Shown here: positions 27,345 to 36,750 of the stretch, piece by piece
Layout of the letters: each line of letters starts with the position of its first letter
Position numbering within the stretch: the stretch's first letter is position 1
Assembly (NCBI GenBank): GCA_017405945.1
Contig: JAFQZL010000039.1
Span: forward strand, 19,335-83,334
Direction of reading: 5' to 3'
Length of the DNA: 64,000 bases
From: Acidaminococcaceae bacterium
GTDB lineage: Bacteria > Bacillota > Negativicutes > Acidaminococcales > Acidaminococcaceae
Notes under the pieces: model-generated
The model's database searches: none
What the model was told of the DNA's origin: nothing
What the model saw: only the letters and a program-made list of their open reading frames with translations
Translations under genes and position numbers: made by a program

Positions 27345-29012
27345 TCAGAACGCGGAACCGTCCTGTTTGTATTCGCCAAATACTTCGCGCATTACGCCGC
27401 AAATTTCGCCCAATGTCGCATAGGTTTTCACTGCAGCAATCAGATACGGCATCAGGTTTTCTTCGCCCTGGCAGGCTTCCTTCAGTTCGGCCAAAGCCTT
27501 GTCTACGGCAGCCTGATCCCGCTTTGCTTTCATGGCATCGACGCGTTTAATCTGGCGTTCGCCCACGCTCAGGTCTGCTTTCAGGGATTCGCCTTCCACA
27601 GCACCCTTATTATCCGCATATTTGTTAACGCCGATGACAGTCTTCTTACAGGTTTCAATGGCAGTCAGGTCTTCATAAGCATGGGCCGCCATTTCGCGCT
27701 GCATGTAACCCTGTTCGATTGCGGCAACCGCGCCGCCCATCTCATCGATCTTCTTAATGTATTCTTCCGCTTCCTTCTCAATCTTGTTCGTCAGGGATTC
27801 TACGTAATAAGAACCTGCCAGCGGGTCAATCGTATCAGCCACGCCGCTTTCATAAGCAATCAGCTGCTGGGTACGCAGCGCCAGTGTTGCCGATTCTTCG
27901 GTAGGCAGACACAGAGCTTCGTCATAGGCGCAGCAGGCCATGGACTGGATGCCGCCCAATACGGCAGACATTGCCTGCCAGGTAATGCGGGCCACGTTGT
28001 TCAGCGGCTGCTGTGCCGTCAGAACGGAACCGGCCGTATGCACATGGACGCGAAGCATCTGGGCCTTGGGAACCGTCGCCCCATAACGTTCTTTCATAAT
28101 ACGCGCCCACAGGCGGCGGGCCGCACGGAATTTCGCGATTTCAAAGAAGAAATCCAGGCCGGCGGTGAAAATCCAGCTGATGCCGGGGGCAAAGTCGTCT
28201 ACCTTCTGCCCTGCTTTAATCGCCGCGTCAATATAGGCGATCGCATTGGCAAACGCAAAGGCAATTTCCTGTACTTCGGAAGATCCGGCTTCACGGATAT
28301 GGTACGCGCCTACGCTGATGGTATTCCATTTTGGAATATATTTGGAACAGTACTCAAAGGTGTTGGTAATCAGCCGCATGGAAGGACGGGGCGGGAAGAT
28401 GTACGTGCCGCGGGCGATGTATTCTTTTAAGATATCGTTCTGGATGGTGCCGCGGAGCTGTTCCGGTTTAACCCCCTGTTTTTCCGCAACTGCGACATAC
28501 ATGGCCAGCAGGACCGCTGCCGGCCCGTTAATCGTCATGGAGGTGGAAACCTTGTCCAGCGGAATGCCGTCAAACAACTGCTCCATGTCAGCCAGCGAAT
28601 CAATCGCCACGCCAACCTTGCCGACTTCACCGTGGGATAATTCCGCATCGGAATCCAGACCTATCTGGGTAGGCAGGTCCATAGCAACGGAAAGGCCGGT
28701 CTGCCCTGCCTGCAGCAGGTATTTGTACCGGGCATTGGTTTCTTCCGCCGTAGCAAATCCGGCATAGGCCCGCATCGTCCACAGGCGGCCGCGGTACATG
28801 GTAGGCTGTACGCCGCGGGTGAAAGGATACTGTCCCGGGAAGCCGTCTTTTTCCAGATAGTTAAAACCGTCAATATCCAGCGGCGTATATAAGCGCTGCT
28901 TGGCATCCATATGGGGACGTTCCGGGAACTTGGCCGTTGCCTTGGCAACCTTTGCATTATAGGCATCCAGCCCCTGCTGTAACATTTCTTTATCATTCAT
29001 AATATCCGTCAT
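27345..29012 (-). CDS. Large (substrate-binding) subunit of a B12-dependent acyl-CoA mutase, methylmalonyl-CoA-mutase-like but divergent
   Basis: YPFTRGVQ, WTMRAYAGF, TIQNDILKEYIARG, YHIREAG, DEAL, DPLAGSYYVE. Confidence 0.93.
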   Translation of the reverse strand: MTDIMNDKEMLQQGLDAYNAKVAKATAKFPERPHMDAKQRLYTPLDIDGFNYLEKDGFPGQYPFTRGVQPTMYRGRLWTMRAYAGFATAEETNARYKYLLQAGQTGLSVAMDLPTQIGLDSDAELSHGEVGKVGVAIDSLADMEQLFDGIPLDKVSTSMTINGPAAVLLAMYVAVAEKQGVKPEQLRGTIQNDILKEYIARGTYIFPPRPSMRLITNTFEYCSKYIPKWNTISVGAYHIREAGSSEVQEIAFAFANAIAYIDAAIKAGQKVDDFAPGISWIFTAGLDFFFEIAKFRAARRLWARIMKERYGATVPKAQMLRVHVHTAGSVLTAQQPLNNVARITWQAMSAVLGGIQSMACCAYDEALCLPTEESATLALRTQQLIAYESGVADTIDPLAGSYYVESLTNKIEKEAEEYIKKIDEMGGAVAAIEQGYMQREMAAHAYEDLTAIETCKKTVIGVNKYADNKGAVEGESLKADLSVGERQIKRVDAMKAKRDQAAVDKALAELKEACQGEENLMPYLIAAVKTYATLGEICGVMREVFGEYKQDGSAF

Positions 29013-29096
29013 TTTCGTCTCCTCCTTAACACAGTTGTTTTTTTATAATAATAAGATTCTATCGTATCCGTTAGTGAGAGTTAGCCGATATCGATA

Positions 29097-30602
29097 TCAG
29101 TCCAGGCGCATGGTTCCATTTTTGATAAAGTTCAGCTGCATATCGAAGCAATGCGCCAGGTCAACGGGCTCATGCCCGCTCCCCTCTTTAGCTTTCCGCA
29201 GATATTCACGCAGCTGGGGCCTGTAATCCGGATGGGCGCAGTTATCAATAATCACTTTTGCCCGCTGCAGCGGATCGAGGCCCCGGACATCCGCCACGCC
29301 CTGCTCGGTAATGAACACCATGGTGTCATGTTCGGTATGATCCGCGTGGGTCACCATGGGCACAATCTTGGAAATACATCCGTCTTTTGCCGTAGACGGC
29401 GTGGAGAAAATTGTAATGTAGCCGTTCCGCATGTAATCGCCGCTGCCGCCGATGCCATTCATCATGCTGTTACCCATAATATGGGTAGAATTAGCCTGCC
29501 CGTAGATGTCAAACTCAATCGGCGTATTCATGGCAATGACTCCCAGACGCCGGATGACGCCCGGATTGTTGCTGATATCCAGCGGACGCAGCACCAGCGC
29601 TTTGCGGTACAGTTCAGGGTCTTCTTTATACATGGACCAAACCCGTGGAGACGGCGTAAATGCGCAGCCGGAAGCTTTTGTTATTTTTCCCATCTTGATA
29701 AGATCAAATACGGAGTCCTGCAAAATTTCCGAGAACATGTTCAGGTTCTCGAATTTTGATTTGGCAAGTCCGGCCAGCACGGCATTCGCAATGCTTCCTA
29801 CCCCGGACTGCATGGGCAGCATCTGTTCCGGAATCCGGCCCTGACGCTGTTCGTTTTCGAGGAAATCCACAAGGTTTTCCGCAATCTTCATACTGTTTTC
29901 ATCCGGAGGGGTCAGGTTGCGTACATGATCCAGGATGTCCGATTCCACAATGGCATCGATGCGGTCGATGCCGCAGGCCAGATACGGCGACCCTACCCTG
30001 TCTCCCGCATGGTAAATCGGAATCTCCGTCCGGAAAGGCGGCCTGTTGCAAACGTAAATATCATGCATGCCTTCCAGCGATAACGGAATGCTGGTGTTGA
30101 CTTCCACAATGATTTTCTTTGCATGCTTTGCAAAAATCGGCGTATTGCCGACACCGGGCCCCAGGACAATGTCACCGGTTTCCGTAATCGCCGCAGCTTC
30201 TATGACGGCTACGTCCACATCACCGACAAAGCCGTAATCCACCAACGGACCAAAGTGGCTCAGATGACAGTCAATATAGTGAATCGTTTCATTATTGATG
30301 CCTTTCTTTAGCGCTTTATTAGAGGCCGCATAGTACGGAGCGCGCCCGCAGATGCCGCCGACCTCGGCCAGCGCCTCTTCGATTTCCGGACCCACCGAAG
30401 CCCCGGTCCAGACGTTGATGCTGCATTTCTTTCCGTTTTTAATCTGTTCGGCCAGCGCCAATGTCGTTTTCTTGGGATAGCCGGATGGAGTAAAACCGCT
30501 GAACCCGACGTTCATGCCGTCCTTGATCAAATCCGCAGCTTTATCGGCTGTTACGATTTTGTCAAACAACGCAGGATTTCGCAGTCTTTCTGAAGTTAAC
30601 AT
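29097..30602 (-). CDS. Acetyl-CoA hydrolase/succinate CoA-transferase family (AarC/ScpC-like)
   Basis: SGFTPSGYPK, QSGVG, FSEILQD catalytic Glu, NGIGGSGD, TEQGVAD. Confidence 0.93.
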   Translation of the reverse strand: MLTSERLRNPALFDKIVTADKAADLIKDGMNVGFSGFTPSGYPKKTTLALAEQIKNGKKCSINVWTGASVGPEIEEALAEVGGICGRAPYYAASNKALKKGINNETIHYIDCHLSHFGPLVDYGFVGDVDVAVIEAAAITETGDIVLGPGVGNTPIFAKHAKKIIVEVNTSIPLSLEGMHDIYVCNRPPFRTEIPIYHAGDRVGSPYLACGIDRIDAIVESDILDHVRNLTPPDENSMKIAENLVDFLENEQRQGRIPEQMLPMQSGVGSIANAVLAGLAKSKFENLNMFSEILQDSVFDLIKMGKITKASGCAFTPSPRVWSMYKEDPELYRKALVLRPLDISNNPGVIRRLGVIAMNTPIEFDIYGQANSTHIMGNSMMNGIGGSGDYMRNGYITIFSTPSTAKDGCISKIVPMVTHADHTEHDTMVFITEQGVADVRGLDPLQRAKVIIDNCAHPDYRPQLREYLRKAKEGSGHEPVDLAHCFDMQLNFIKNGTMRLD

Positions 30603-31026
30603 TTGAAAATCCCTCTCTTTCCTGTTTATTTTCTACCGACTGCCAATGATTACTTGCTTCAATATTAGTTTAGACCACAAACAAATATAAGTAAAATATT
30701 GTTATTTGCTATTTTTTATAATAAATAATTATATTTCAATGAGTTAAACAAAACATGGAGTATACAAAAAGCCACCGTTTTATAAAACTCTCAGCCAAAA
30801 TGTAACGATACTGCGAATTAATCCTTATAATCAAAAGAATAGTTATCAATATGGTTTATAACTAATATATAATTATTATATATTTTGTCGAATTGTTTAT
30901 AAAAATTTTTAATATTATTCATGGCTAAGTTAAAAGAAACTGTGTATAATGATATAGGGTTATGGTTCCTTTCCTGCCGCGGCCCCATAAACGCGGCAGA
31001 TATTTTTTTCCGTAGCCCCGGAGGAA

Positions 31027-31914
31027 ATGAAAATGGATATTGAATATTACCGCAACTTCATCGCTATCGTGGAAGCCGGCAGTATTTTAGGCGCCTCGAA
31101 AAAACTGTCCATTGCGCAGCCGGCCCTGAGCAATCAGATTAAAGTTATGCAGCGTTTCTTTGACGCGCAGCTGATTATCGCCAAACGCGGAGGTCACCGG
31201 ATTGAACTGACCGACGCCGGCAAAGTACTGCTGAAGCAGGCAAAGACAATTGTGGAAGAGGAACGGAGCGCCATAAAAGAAATCGCCGACTGCAGCTCCG
31301 GTTTTTCCGGAACACTGCGCATCAGTTTGTCCCCCTCCATGTCAATCTGGTTCATACGCCGTTACCTAACGAAATTTTCAAAAAAGTATCCAAAAGTTAA
31401 TTTTGAATTGCATGAAGGCCCCCCATCTGTTCAGGTTGAGCAGATGCTTTCCGGCAAAACCGAGTTCTGTGTTGCCAACGCTCCATTGGAAGAGGCGTTC
31501 CGGTTTGAAACGATATACAGCCGCAAAGAGCGTCTGGTTTCGTTTTTTCATAAAAACAGTCTGTTCCTGCACGATACCAAGCCCCATATTTTGTTAGACG
31601 ATCTGGATGGCAAACCGGTCTGCCTGTCCCAGGGATGCGCCAACCTGTTTCTCTCAGTATGCGCTGACTCCCACATCCGGCCACAGGTCCTGAGCATCAG
31701 CACCACAAAGCTGTCTGCCATGCAATGGGCAAAAGAAGACGCCGGCATTTCTGTAGTTCCTGCAGAGCTGGAAGAAGGAGATACGGATAATCTGATACGG
31801 AAAATCATTATGGATGAACGTCTGTATATGGATAAAACACTCTCTATCGTTAAAGGGCGCCCTCTTTCAAACGTGGCAGAGACCTTCCTGACCTATTTCC
31901 ACGAAGAAGTTTAG
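31027..31914 (+). CDS. LysR family regulator, divergent from the mutase operon
   Basis: YYRNFIAIVEAGSILGASKKLSIAQPALSNQ HTH. Confidence 0.93.
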   Translation: MKMDIEYYRNFIAIVEAGSILGASKKLSIAQPALSNQIKVMQRFFDAQLIIAKRGGHRIELTDAGKVLLKQAKTIVEEERSAIKEIADCSSGFSGTLRISLSPSMSIWFIRRYLTKFSKKYPKVNFELHEGPPSVQVEQMLSGKTEFCVANAPLEEAFRFETIYSRKERLVSFFHKNSLFLHDTKPHILLDDLDGKPVCLSQGCANLFLSVCADSHIRPQVLSISTTKLSAMQWAKEDAGISVVPAELEEGDTDNLIRKIIMDERLYMDKTLSIVKGRPLSNVAETFLTYFHEEV

Positions 31915-32002
31915 TCAGCTATATATAATTGATACTCGTTTTTGATAATTAATTATAAATTCTATTGATAATCTGAAAACAAGGCAGAAAACGGAGGAAA
32001 AA

Positions 32003-32512
32003 ATGAATAACGAAGCAAAAAAATACATTATTGATGATTTCAAGCCTTCCAAACTGGAAAAGGATCCTGTAACCGGTTATTACAAGGATATTGAAGCGCG
32101 GATCCGTGAACTTTATTCCCAAAACTGTTTTATGATGGATTTTTTCCATGTAAACATTGATAAAATCCAATGCGGCAGCTGCCAGGTCAGTTTGCTGATT
32201 GAACACGATAAACACTCCAATCACCGTAACGTAGTTCACGGAGGCGTGCTGACTGCGCTGGCCGATGCTGTATTAGGTGTTACCGGCGCCTCCGTCGGTG
32301 AAAAAGTAATTACCGTCAGCTTTTCCATGAATTTCATCCGCAATATTGAGTTCGGCGATACAGCACGGGTCGTCAGCCAGATAAAAAGTTATCAGCCTAA
32401 ATCCATGGTGATTGAAGCGGAAATGTACGATTCGAAAGACAGACTGATGGCAACACTGTTCACCAACATGTTCAACGTAGGCCGATTTGATGGCATTCCT
32501 GCCAAATGGTAA
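32003..32512 (+). CDS. PaaI family (hotdog) acyl-CoA thioesterase
   Basis: HSNHRNVVHGGVLTALAD. Confidence 0.9.
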   Translation: MNNEAKKYIIDDFKPSKLEKDPVTGYYKDIEARIRELYSQNCFMMDFFHVNIDKIQCGSCQVSLLIEHDKHSNHRNVVHGGVLTALADAVLGVTGASVGEKVITVSFSMNFIRNIEFGDTARVVSQIKSYQPKSMVIEAEMYDSKDRLMATLFTNMFNVGRFDGIPAKW

Positions 32513-32576
32513 TGATGGAATAGCTGATAAATTAGAATTTCAAATAGATACTATTATTGTGAATAAGTATGAAAAG

Positions 32577-32612
32577 AACAGCATCGGCACATATCGTGTC
32601 GATGCTGTTTTA
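32577..32612 (+). terminator. Intrinsic terminator after the thioesterase
   Basis: AACAGCATCGGCAC-atatc-GTGTCGATGCTGTTTT. Confidence 0.8.
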
Positions 32613-32833
32613 TTTGCGACAATCCTGGCTTCCGTAACCGGAACAGCAGCAATTTATATCTAAATATAATCCGTTTTGGAGAGAATTATATGATCCAGCT
32701 CACCTTAACAGATACGTTACAGAACAAATCTCCGCCAGCATAAGGCGGAGATTTTATTGTTTGGTTATTGATTTAACAGTTTTCACATGAGATTCCGGTT
32801 TGTAACCTTAGCTTCCTTATGTTTACAAGCTTT

Positions 32834-33715
32834 TCACGTATTCTTCTTCATGCTTAACATGAACACCGTAATCATAATGAGTGCCATCCCTGCGTAATCA
32901 ACGGGAAGCAGCACGGTTCCCAAAAAGAAAACGGTGAAGAGAATTGTGGCGAGGGGTTCAAAACAGCTAATAAGGGACGCTTTCGTCGGCCCGATAAGTT
33001 TCACCCCTGCCAGAAACAGGGTAAAGGGAATGATCGTTCCCCCCAGAATAATAAACGCTACCGCGCCCGCGGCCGCAGACGTCCAGGCGCTTACGCCGGA
33101 ATCAGTGAGATTACAGAACGGCAAGAGGAACAACGAGGAAATCAGTTGCCCCCAGCCCATAATCAGCATGGTCGGAAACTGTTTCAGGATGTTTTCCGGC
33201 GCGATCATATAAATGCAAAGCGCAATGGCAGAAAGCTCTCCTGATACCAGCGCCACAGGCGAAATGACCAGATGCGACGGATCACCATGGGTGCTGATGA
33301 GGAACACGCCGGTCATGGCCAGCACAACGCCCAGCAGTTCCCGCCCTTCCGGCATGCACCTCCGGACAAAAGCCTGCCATAGAATAATGAATATCGGCGC
33401 CTGATACTGCAGGATGGTCGAGGTGGGCGCGTTGGAAACGCTGATCGTGTAATAATACATAAACTGCGCTCCCAAAAGCCCCAGGGTGAACCAAAGCATT
33501 TCCGTAATATTTTTGCGCCCGCTCCGCCACAGGGCTAACAGCGGCTCCCCTTTTATATGCATGAACAGCAGAAATAATATTCCCGCTGCCACCTGCCGCA
33601 CTGCTATCAGCCAGACCGGGTACGGATGATAATTCTCAAACAGAAACTGTCCGCATACCCCGCTGAGCCCCCACATCGCAGCGCTCAACATCACCATAAG
33701 AGTGCCCATTGTCAT
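32834..33715 (-). CDS. EamA/DMT family transporter
   Basis: MWGLSG, NAPTSTILQYQAP, GPTKASLISCFEP; 10 TM segments. Confidence 0.92.
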   Translation of the reverse strand: MTMGTLMVMLSAAMWGLSGVCGQFLFENYHPYPVWLIAVRQVAAGILFLLFMHIKGEPLLALWRSGRKNITEMLWFTLGLLGAQFMYYYTISVSNAPTSTILQYQAPIFIILWQAFVRRCMPEGRELLGVVLAMTGVFLISTHGDPSHLVISPVALVSGELSAIALCIYMIAPENILKQFPTMLIMGWGQLISSLFLLPFCNLTDSGVSAWTSAAAGAVAFIILGGTIIPFTLFLAGVKLIGPTKASLISCFEPLATILFTVFFLGTVLLPVDYAGMALIMITVFMLSMKKNT

Positions 33716-33863
33716 TGCCGTCCATTACGATTCTGAATTTATAGAGCAAAGCTGTTGTTATACGATACCCCGGCATATTCCATATATATCGCCCCTTGTT
33801 TACAAAAACATTTCATTCTCAGCACTTGCAGCGTTACTTCCGGATGCCGGTACCGGTTTTTCT

Positions 33864-33951
33864 TTCCGGGGGGTAAAAACACCCGGATTTTTTTTGCAAC
33901 TCCAGTAACAGAGCGGTTTTTACCCTACGTACTTCATTAATATATGATAGA
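33864..33951. repeat. Degenerate third copy of block A of the 22979/60243 repeat
   Basis: TTCCGG..hairpin..CCGGATTTTTTTT-GCAACTCCAGT..GCGGTTTT..TTAATATAT..TAGA in the same order and similar spacing. Confidence 0.65.
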
Positions 33952-34042
33952 TAGCGAATATGTCTGTCTATAACTCATTGTCAGACAGCAGATTCAAACT
34001 GTATGACAGAAGGGGTCATAACGTTTTGCCCGCTTTTTGCTG

Positions 34043-34603
34043 TTACTGCCTGACTGCTTCTATTTTCACTTTTCCTGTTATGTTACGAATCTGTTCCGCT
34101 CCGCTCACTGCTATGCCCATCACATATAAGCCGGAGTAGCGTGGCGCGTCACCGTAATACAGGCACACGTTGTTCCAGGGCGAGAAATAGGCAATCGTCC
34201 CCACAGGGCACGCCCCTTCCTGCGCATTCCTGCAATCCAGTTTTTTGGGAGGCTGGAAGATTTTTTCGTTGTTGCTGTAATTTTCCACAGCAACGGTTAG
34301 CGGCAGCTGCGTATAAAACGAGCGGGACACGGAAGTATCGTTCAGCGCAAATACGATTTCTTTACCGTTTGCAACCACTTTAATTTTCAGGTTTGCATCA
34401 GACATAACCGTTCCTTTTTCTCCATTTTCTTTTGTTTCCGCTGCATTCTTTTTCACGGCCCCGGATGTTTCTTCCGTTTTTTGCGGCACAGATGTATTTC
34501 CATTCTTGCCCGACGCTTTTGTGCCTGCGGACGCGCAGCCTGCAAACATCACACCCATCAACAATATTGTGAGCAGCATCTGCCAGATTTTTCTGTGTTT
34601 CAT
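34043..34603 (-). CDS. Cyclophilin-like fold lipoprotein
   Basis: FAGC lipobox; LPLTV, NEKI, GTIAYFSPWNNVCLYY. Confidence 0.85.
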   Translation of the reverse strand: MKHRKIWQMLLTILLMGVMFAGCASAGTKASGKNGNTSVPQKTEETSGAVKKNAAETKENGEKGTVMSDANLKIKVVANGKEIVFALNDTSVSRSFYTQLPLTVAVENYSNNEKIFQPPKKLDCRNAQEGACPVGTIAYFSPWNNVCLYYGDAPRYSGLYVMGIAVSGAEQIRNITGKVKIEAVRQ

Positions 34604-34677
34604 AGTGTTAGTCCTCTTTCAGTTTCTTTTGTATAAGTATAGCACAATAGCACAACGTTGTACGACGGCCTTTTCTT

Positions 34678-34872
34678 TTAATCCACGGAAACCATACGGT
34701 AATGACGTTTCCCTACATTTATCTTTTCTGCAAACTCCAGCACGTTGACGCTGTGGTGCTTTTCCCACGCAGCCCTTGTGGCATCATCCTTAGCCGCGCC
34801 GAATTCAAAATCCACACAGGCCTGGTCCAATGCTACCGGATCAGCGGAGGCAAGAATGGAAACTCTGCCGAA
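34678..34872 (-). pseudogene. C-terminal remnant of a DUF362-domain gene
   Basis: Minus frame reads ILASADPVALDQACVD...LEFAEKINVGKRHYRMVSVD*; no start codon; begins right after the upstream TGA. Confidence 0.7.
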
Positions 34873-36000
34873 TCATTTCATCTCTTTCCACCAGGAGCCG
34901 AACGTTTCATTGCTCTCCCCGATGACCGCCGCTTCCCCGATACGGGGCGTAAGCAATCGGTAGGATTTGGTTTTGCTTTCCTCCGCTAACCGGATGTAAG
35001 GTTCATCCCAGGGATGGCGGGCCATCGCAAATTTTCCCCCGTGACAGGGCAACACTGTTTTTGCTTTTAAATCTTCTCCCGCCTGCGCGGTTTCCTTCGG
35101 ATTCATGTGGATCTTCGGCCAGTCTTTGTTGTACTGCCCGTTTTCCAAAATAGCAAGGTCGAAGCCTCCAAAGGTATTGCCGAACTCTTTGAATTCTTTA
35201 GTGTAACCGCCGTCGCCGCTGTAAAACACCTTGCGTTGCGGCGTAACGAAAGCAAAGGCACAGGCTTCCGACTGGTTCGCGTTCAGGAAACGCCCGGTGA
35301 AATGCTGGGCCGGCAGGATGTGGACGGTCAGCTGCTCCGAAAGTTTAACCGGTGTGTACCAGTCTTCTTCCGTGATTGTGTCCAGGTCAAAACCCCAGTA
35401 TTCAAAATGTTCCCCGATGCCCAGAGGCACCACGATTTTTTTGATTTTCGGTTTCAGGGCCATCAGGGTGGGATAATCCAGATGATCCCAGTGGTCATGG
35501 GAAATCACCAGCAGGTCGATGTCGGGGATGTCCTCCGCTGTGTAGACGTTGCTTCCGGCAAAAACTTTATTGATGAACGGCAGCGGCGAGGCCCACTCGC
35601 TGAAGACCGGATCGATCAGAATCCTGTTGCCGGCAAGCTGCAGATAAAACGTGGAATGCCCCATCCAGACCACTGTGTCCTGTTGCAGATCCAGTTTGCG
35701 CAAGTCCGTTTTCCGGTACACCATGGGCTCCGCGGGAATCAGCCGCTCCGGCGTTTTGCCGAACAAAAATCGCATGGTCGCCTGAAACTGACTGGTTTCC
35801 ACCGGCTTTTCCACCGGAACGATCGACCAGAAGCGCCCATTGTAATAATGGGGCGACTGCTGGATACGGGCCAGCCGTTTGCCCGCAGGCGTCCGCCCGA
35901 ATTCTGGTCGCTGACTGTAAAAATACACGCCGGCCGCCAGGACCAGCACTAATGCTAATATAACTTTCAAAATAATTTTCATGGTTTTTTCTTCGTTCAC
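34873..36000 (-). CDS. MBL-fold metallo-hydrolase (RomA/NAPE-PLD-like) with N-terminal anchor
   Basis: WMGHST, SHDHWDHLD, PAQHFTGR, YSGDGGY, PCHGG. Confidence 0.9.
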   Translation of the reverse strand: MNEEKTMKIILKVILALVLVLAAGVYFYSQRPEFGRTPAGKRLARIQQSPHYYNGRFWSIVPVEKPVETSQFQATMRFLFGKTPERLIPAEPMVYRKTDLRKLDLQQDTVVWMGHSTFYLQLAGNRILIDPVFSEWASPLPFINKVFAGSNVYTAEDIPDIDLLVISHDHWDHLDYPTLMALKPKIKKIVVPLGIGEHFEYWGFDLDTITEEDWYTPVKLSEQLTVHILPAQHFTGRFLNANQSEACAFAFVTPQRKVFYSGDGGYTKEFKEFGNTFGGFDLAILENGQYNKDWPKIHMNPKETAQAGEDLKAKTVLPCHGGKFAMARHPWDEPYIRLAEESKTKSYRLLTPRIGEAAVIGESNETFGSWWKEMK

Positions 36001-36011
36001 AGTACCTGCCT

Positions 36012-36452
36012 TTAATCACGCCGGTTGGGATCGTCCGGCGCTTTCTTTCCTGTTTCCTTTTCGTAATCATCTAAATTGATCGCGCTTTCCGAACCGGCGG
36101 CCAGCGCTTTATTATAGTACCAGTCTTTAAAATCCAGTTCTTCCAGATAATACTGCAGTTGTTCGATCTGATCCAACACGAACTGACGCTGCGCCTTGAT
36201 GATTTCATAACGCTCCTGCAGGGTGTCGTCGCCTTTGGAGGTTAGCTCCACATAGTCACGGATACGCTTAATGGGCATGCCCGTATTTTTCAGGCAGGTC
36301 AGCAGGCCCATCAGCCGCAGGTCCATATCTTCAAAAACGCGGATACCGTTCTTGCGTTTGATGTTGGGCAGCAGCCCTTCTTTATCGTAAAAACGGATAG
36401 TAGAAGGCGGCAGACCGGTTTTTTGGGCAGCTTCGGAAATGGTGTAAGACAT
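36012..36452 (-). CDS. MerR family regulator (AdhR/NmlR-like)
   Basis: YTISEAAQKTGLPPSTIRFYDKEGLL; Cys in CLKNTGMPI. Confidence 0.93.
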   Translation of the reverse strand: MSYTISEAAQKTGLPPSTIRFYDKEGLLPNIKRKNGIRVFEDMDLRLMGLLTCLKNTGMPIKRIRDYVELTSKGDDTLQERYEIIKAQRQFVLDQIEQLQYYLEELDFKDWYYNKALAAGSESAINLDDYEKETGKKAPDDPNRRD

Positions 36453-36532
36453 AATGCGCAACTCCTTTTGTTGAGAAATGTAAGAAGGGATCGACAACAA
36501 TTTGCTTTTATTCTATGGCGTTTGTTACCTAT

Positions 36533-36563
36533 ATGTTATTTATTAAAGTTAACTTTAAGTCAA
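36533..36563 (-). promoter_or_regulatory. MerR-type autoregulatory promoter TTGACT-N19-TAACAT with perfect palindrome TTAAAGTTAACTTTAA
   Basis: 19-bp spacer with dyad at 36543-36558, directly upstream of a merR gene. Confidence 0.88.
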
Positions 36564-36750
36564 GGTTGAAACCGAAAATTCATAATTTATTCACATTTTA
36601 AAATCGTTTCCACGGGAATTATAAATCGGACAAGTCCGTTTAAAAAACAAAAACCGCCGGCGTATTAGTACACCGACGGTTATAACTGAAAGTGCGAACC
36701 TGTATTACAGGTGGTCAGAAGAACTCCGGCGCCCTGCCGCTCTGCCGGAT

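Noticed and set aside
34873-34875. Selenocysteine read-through of the MBL TGA into the DUF362 fragment
   Set aside because: The TGA is at the natural MBL C-terminus, not a catalytic Cys position; no SECIS-like hairpin was recognised and no sel genes are in the window
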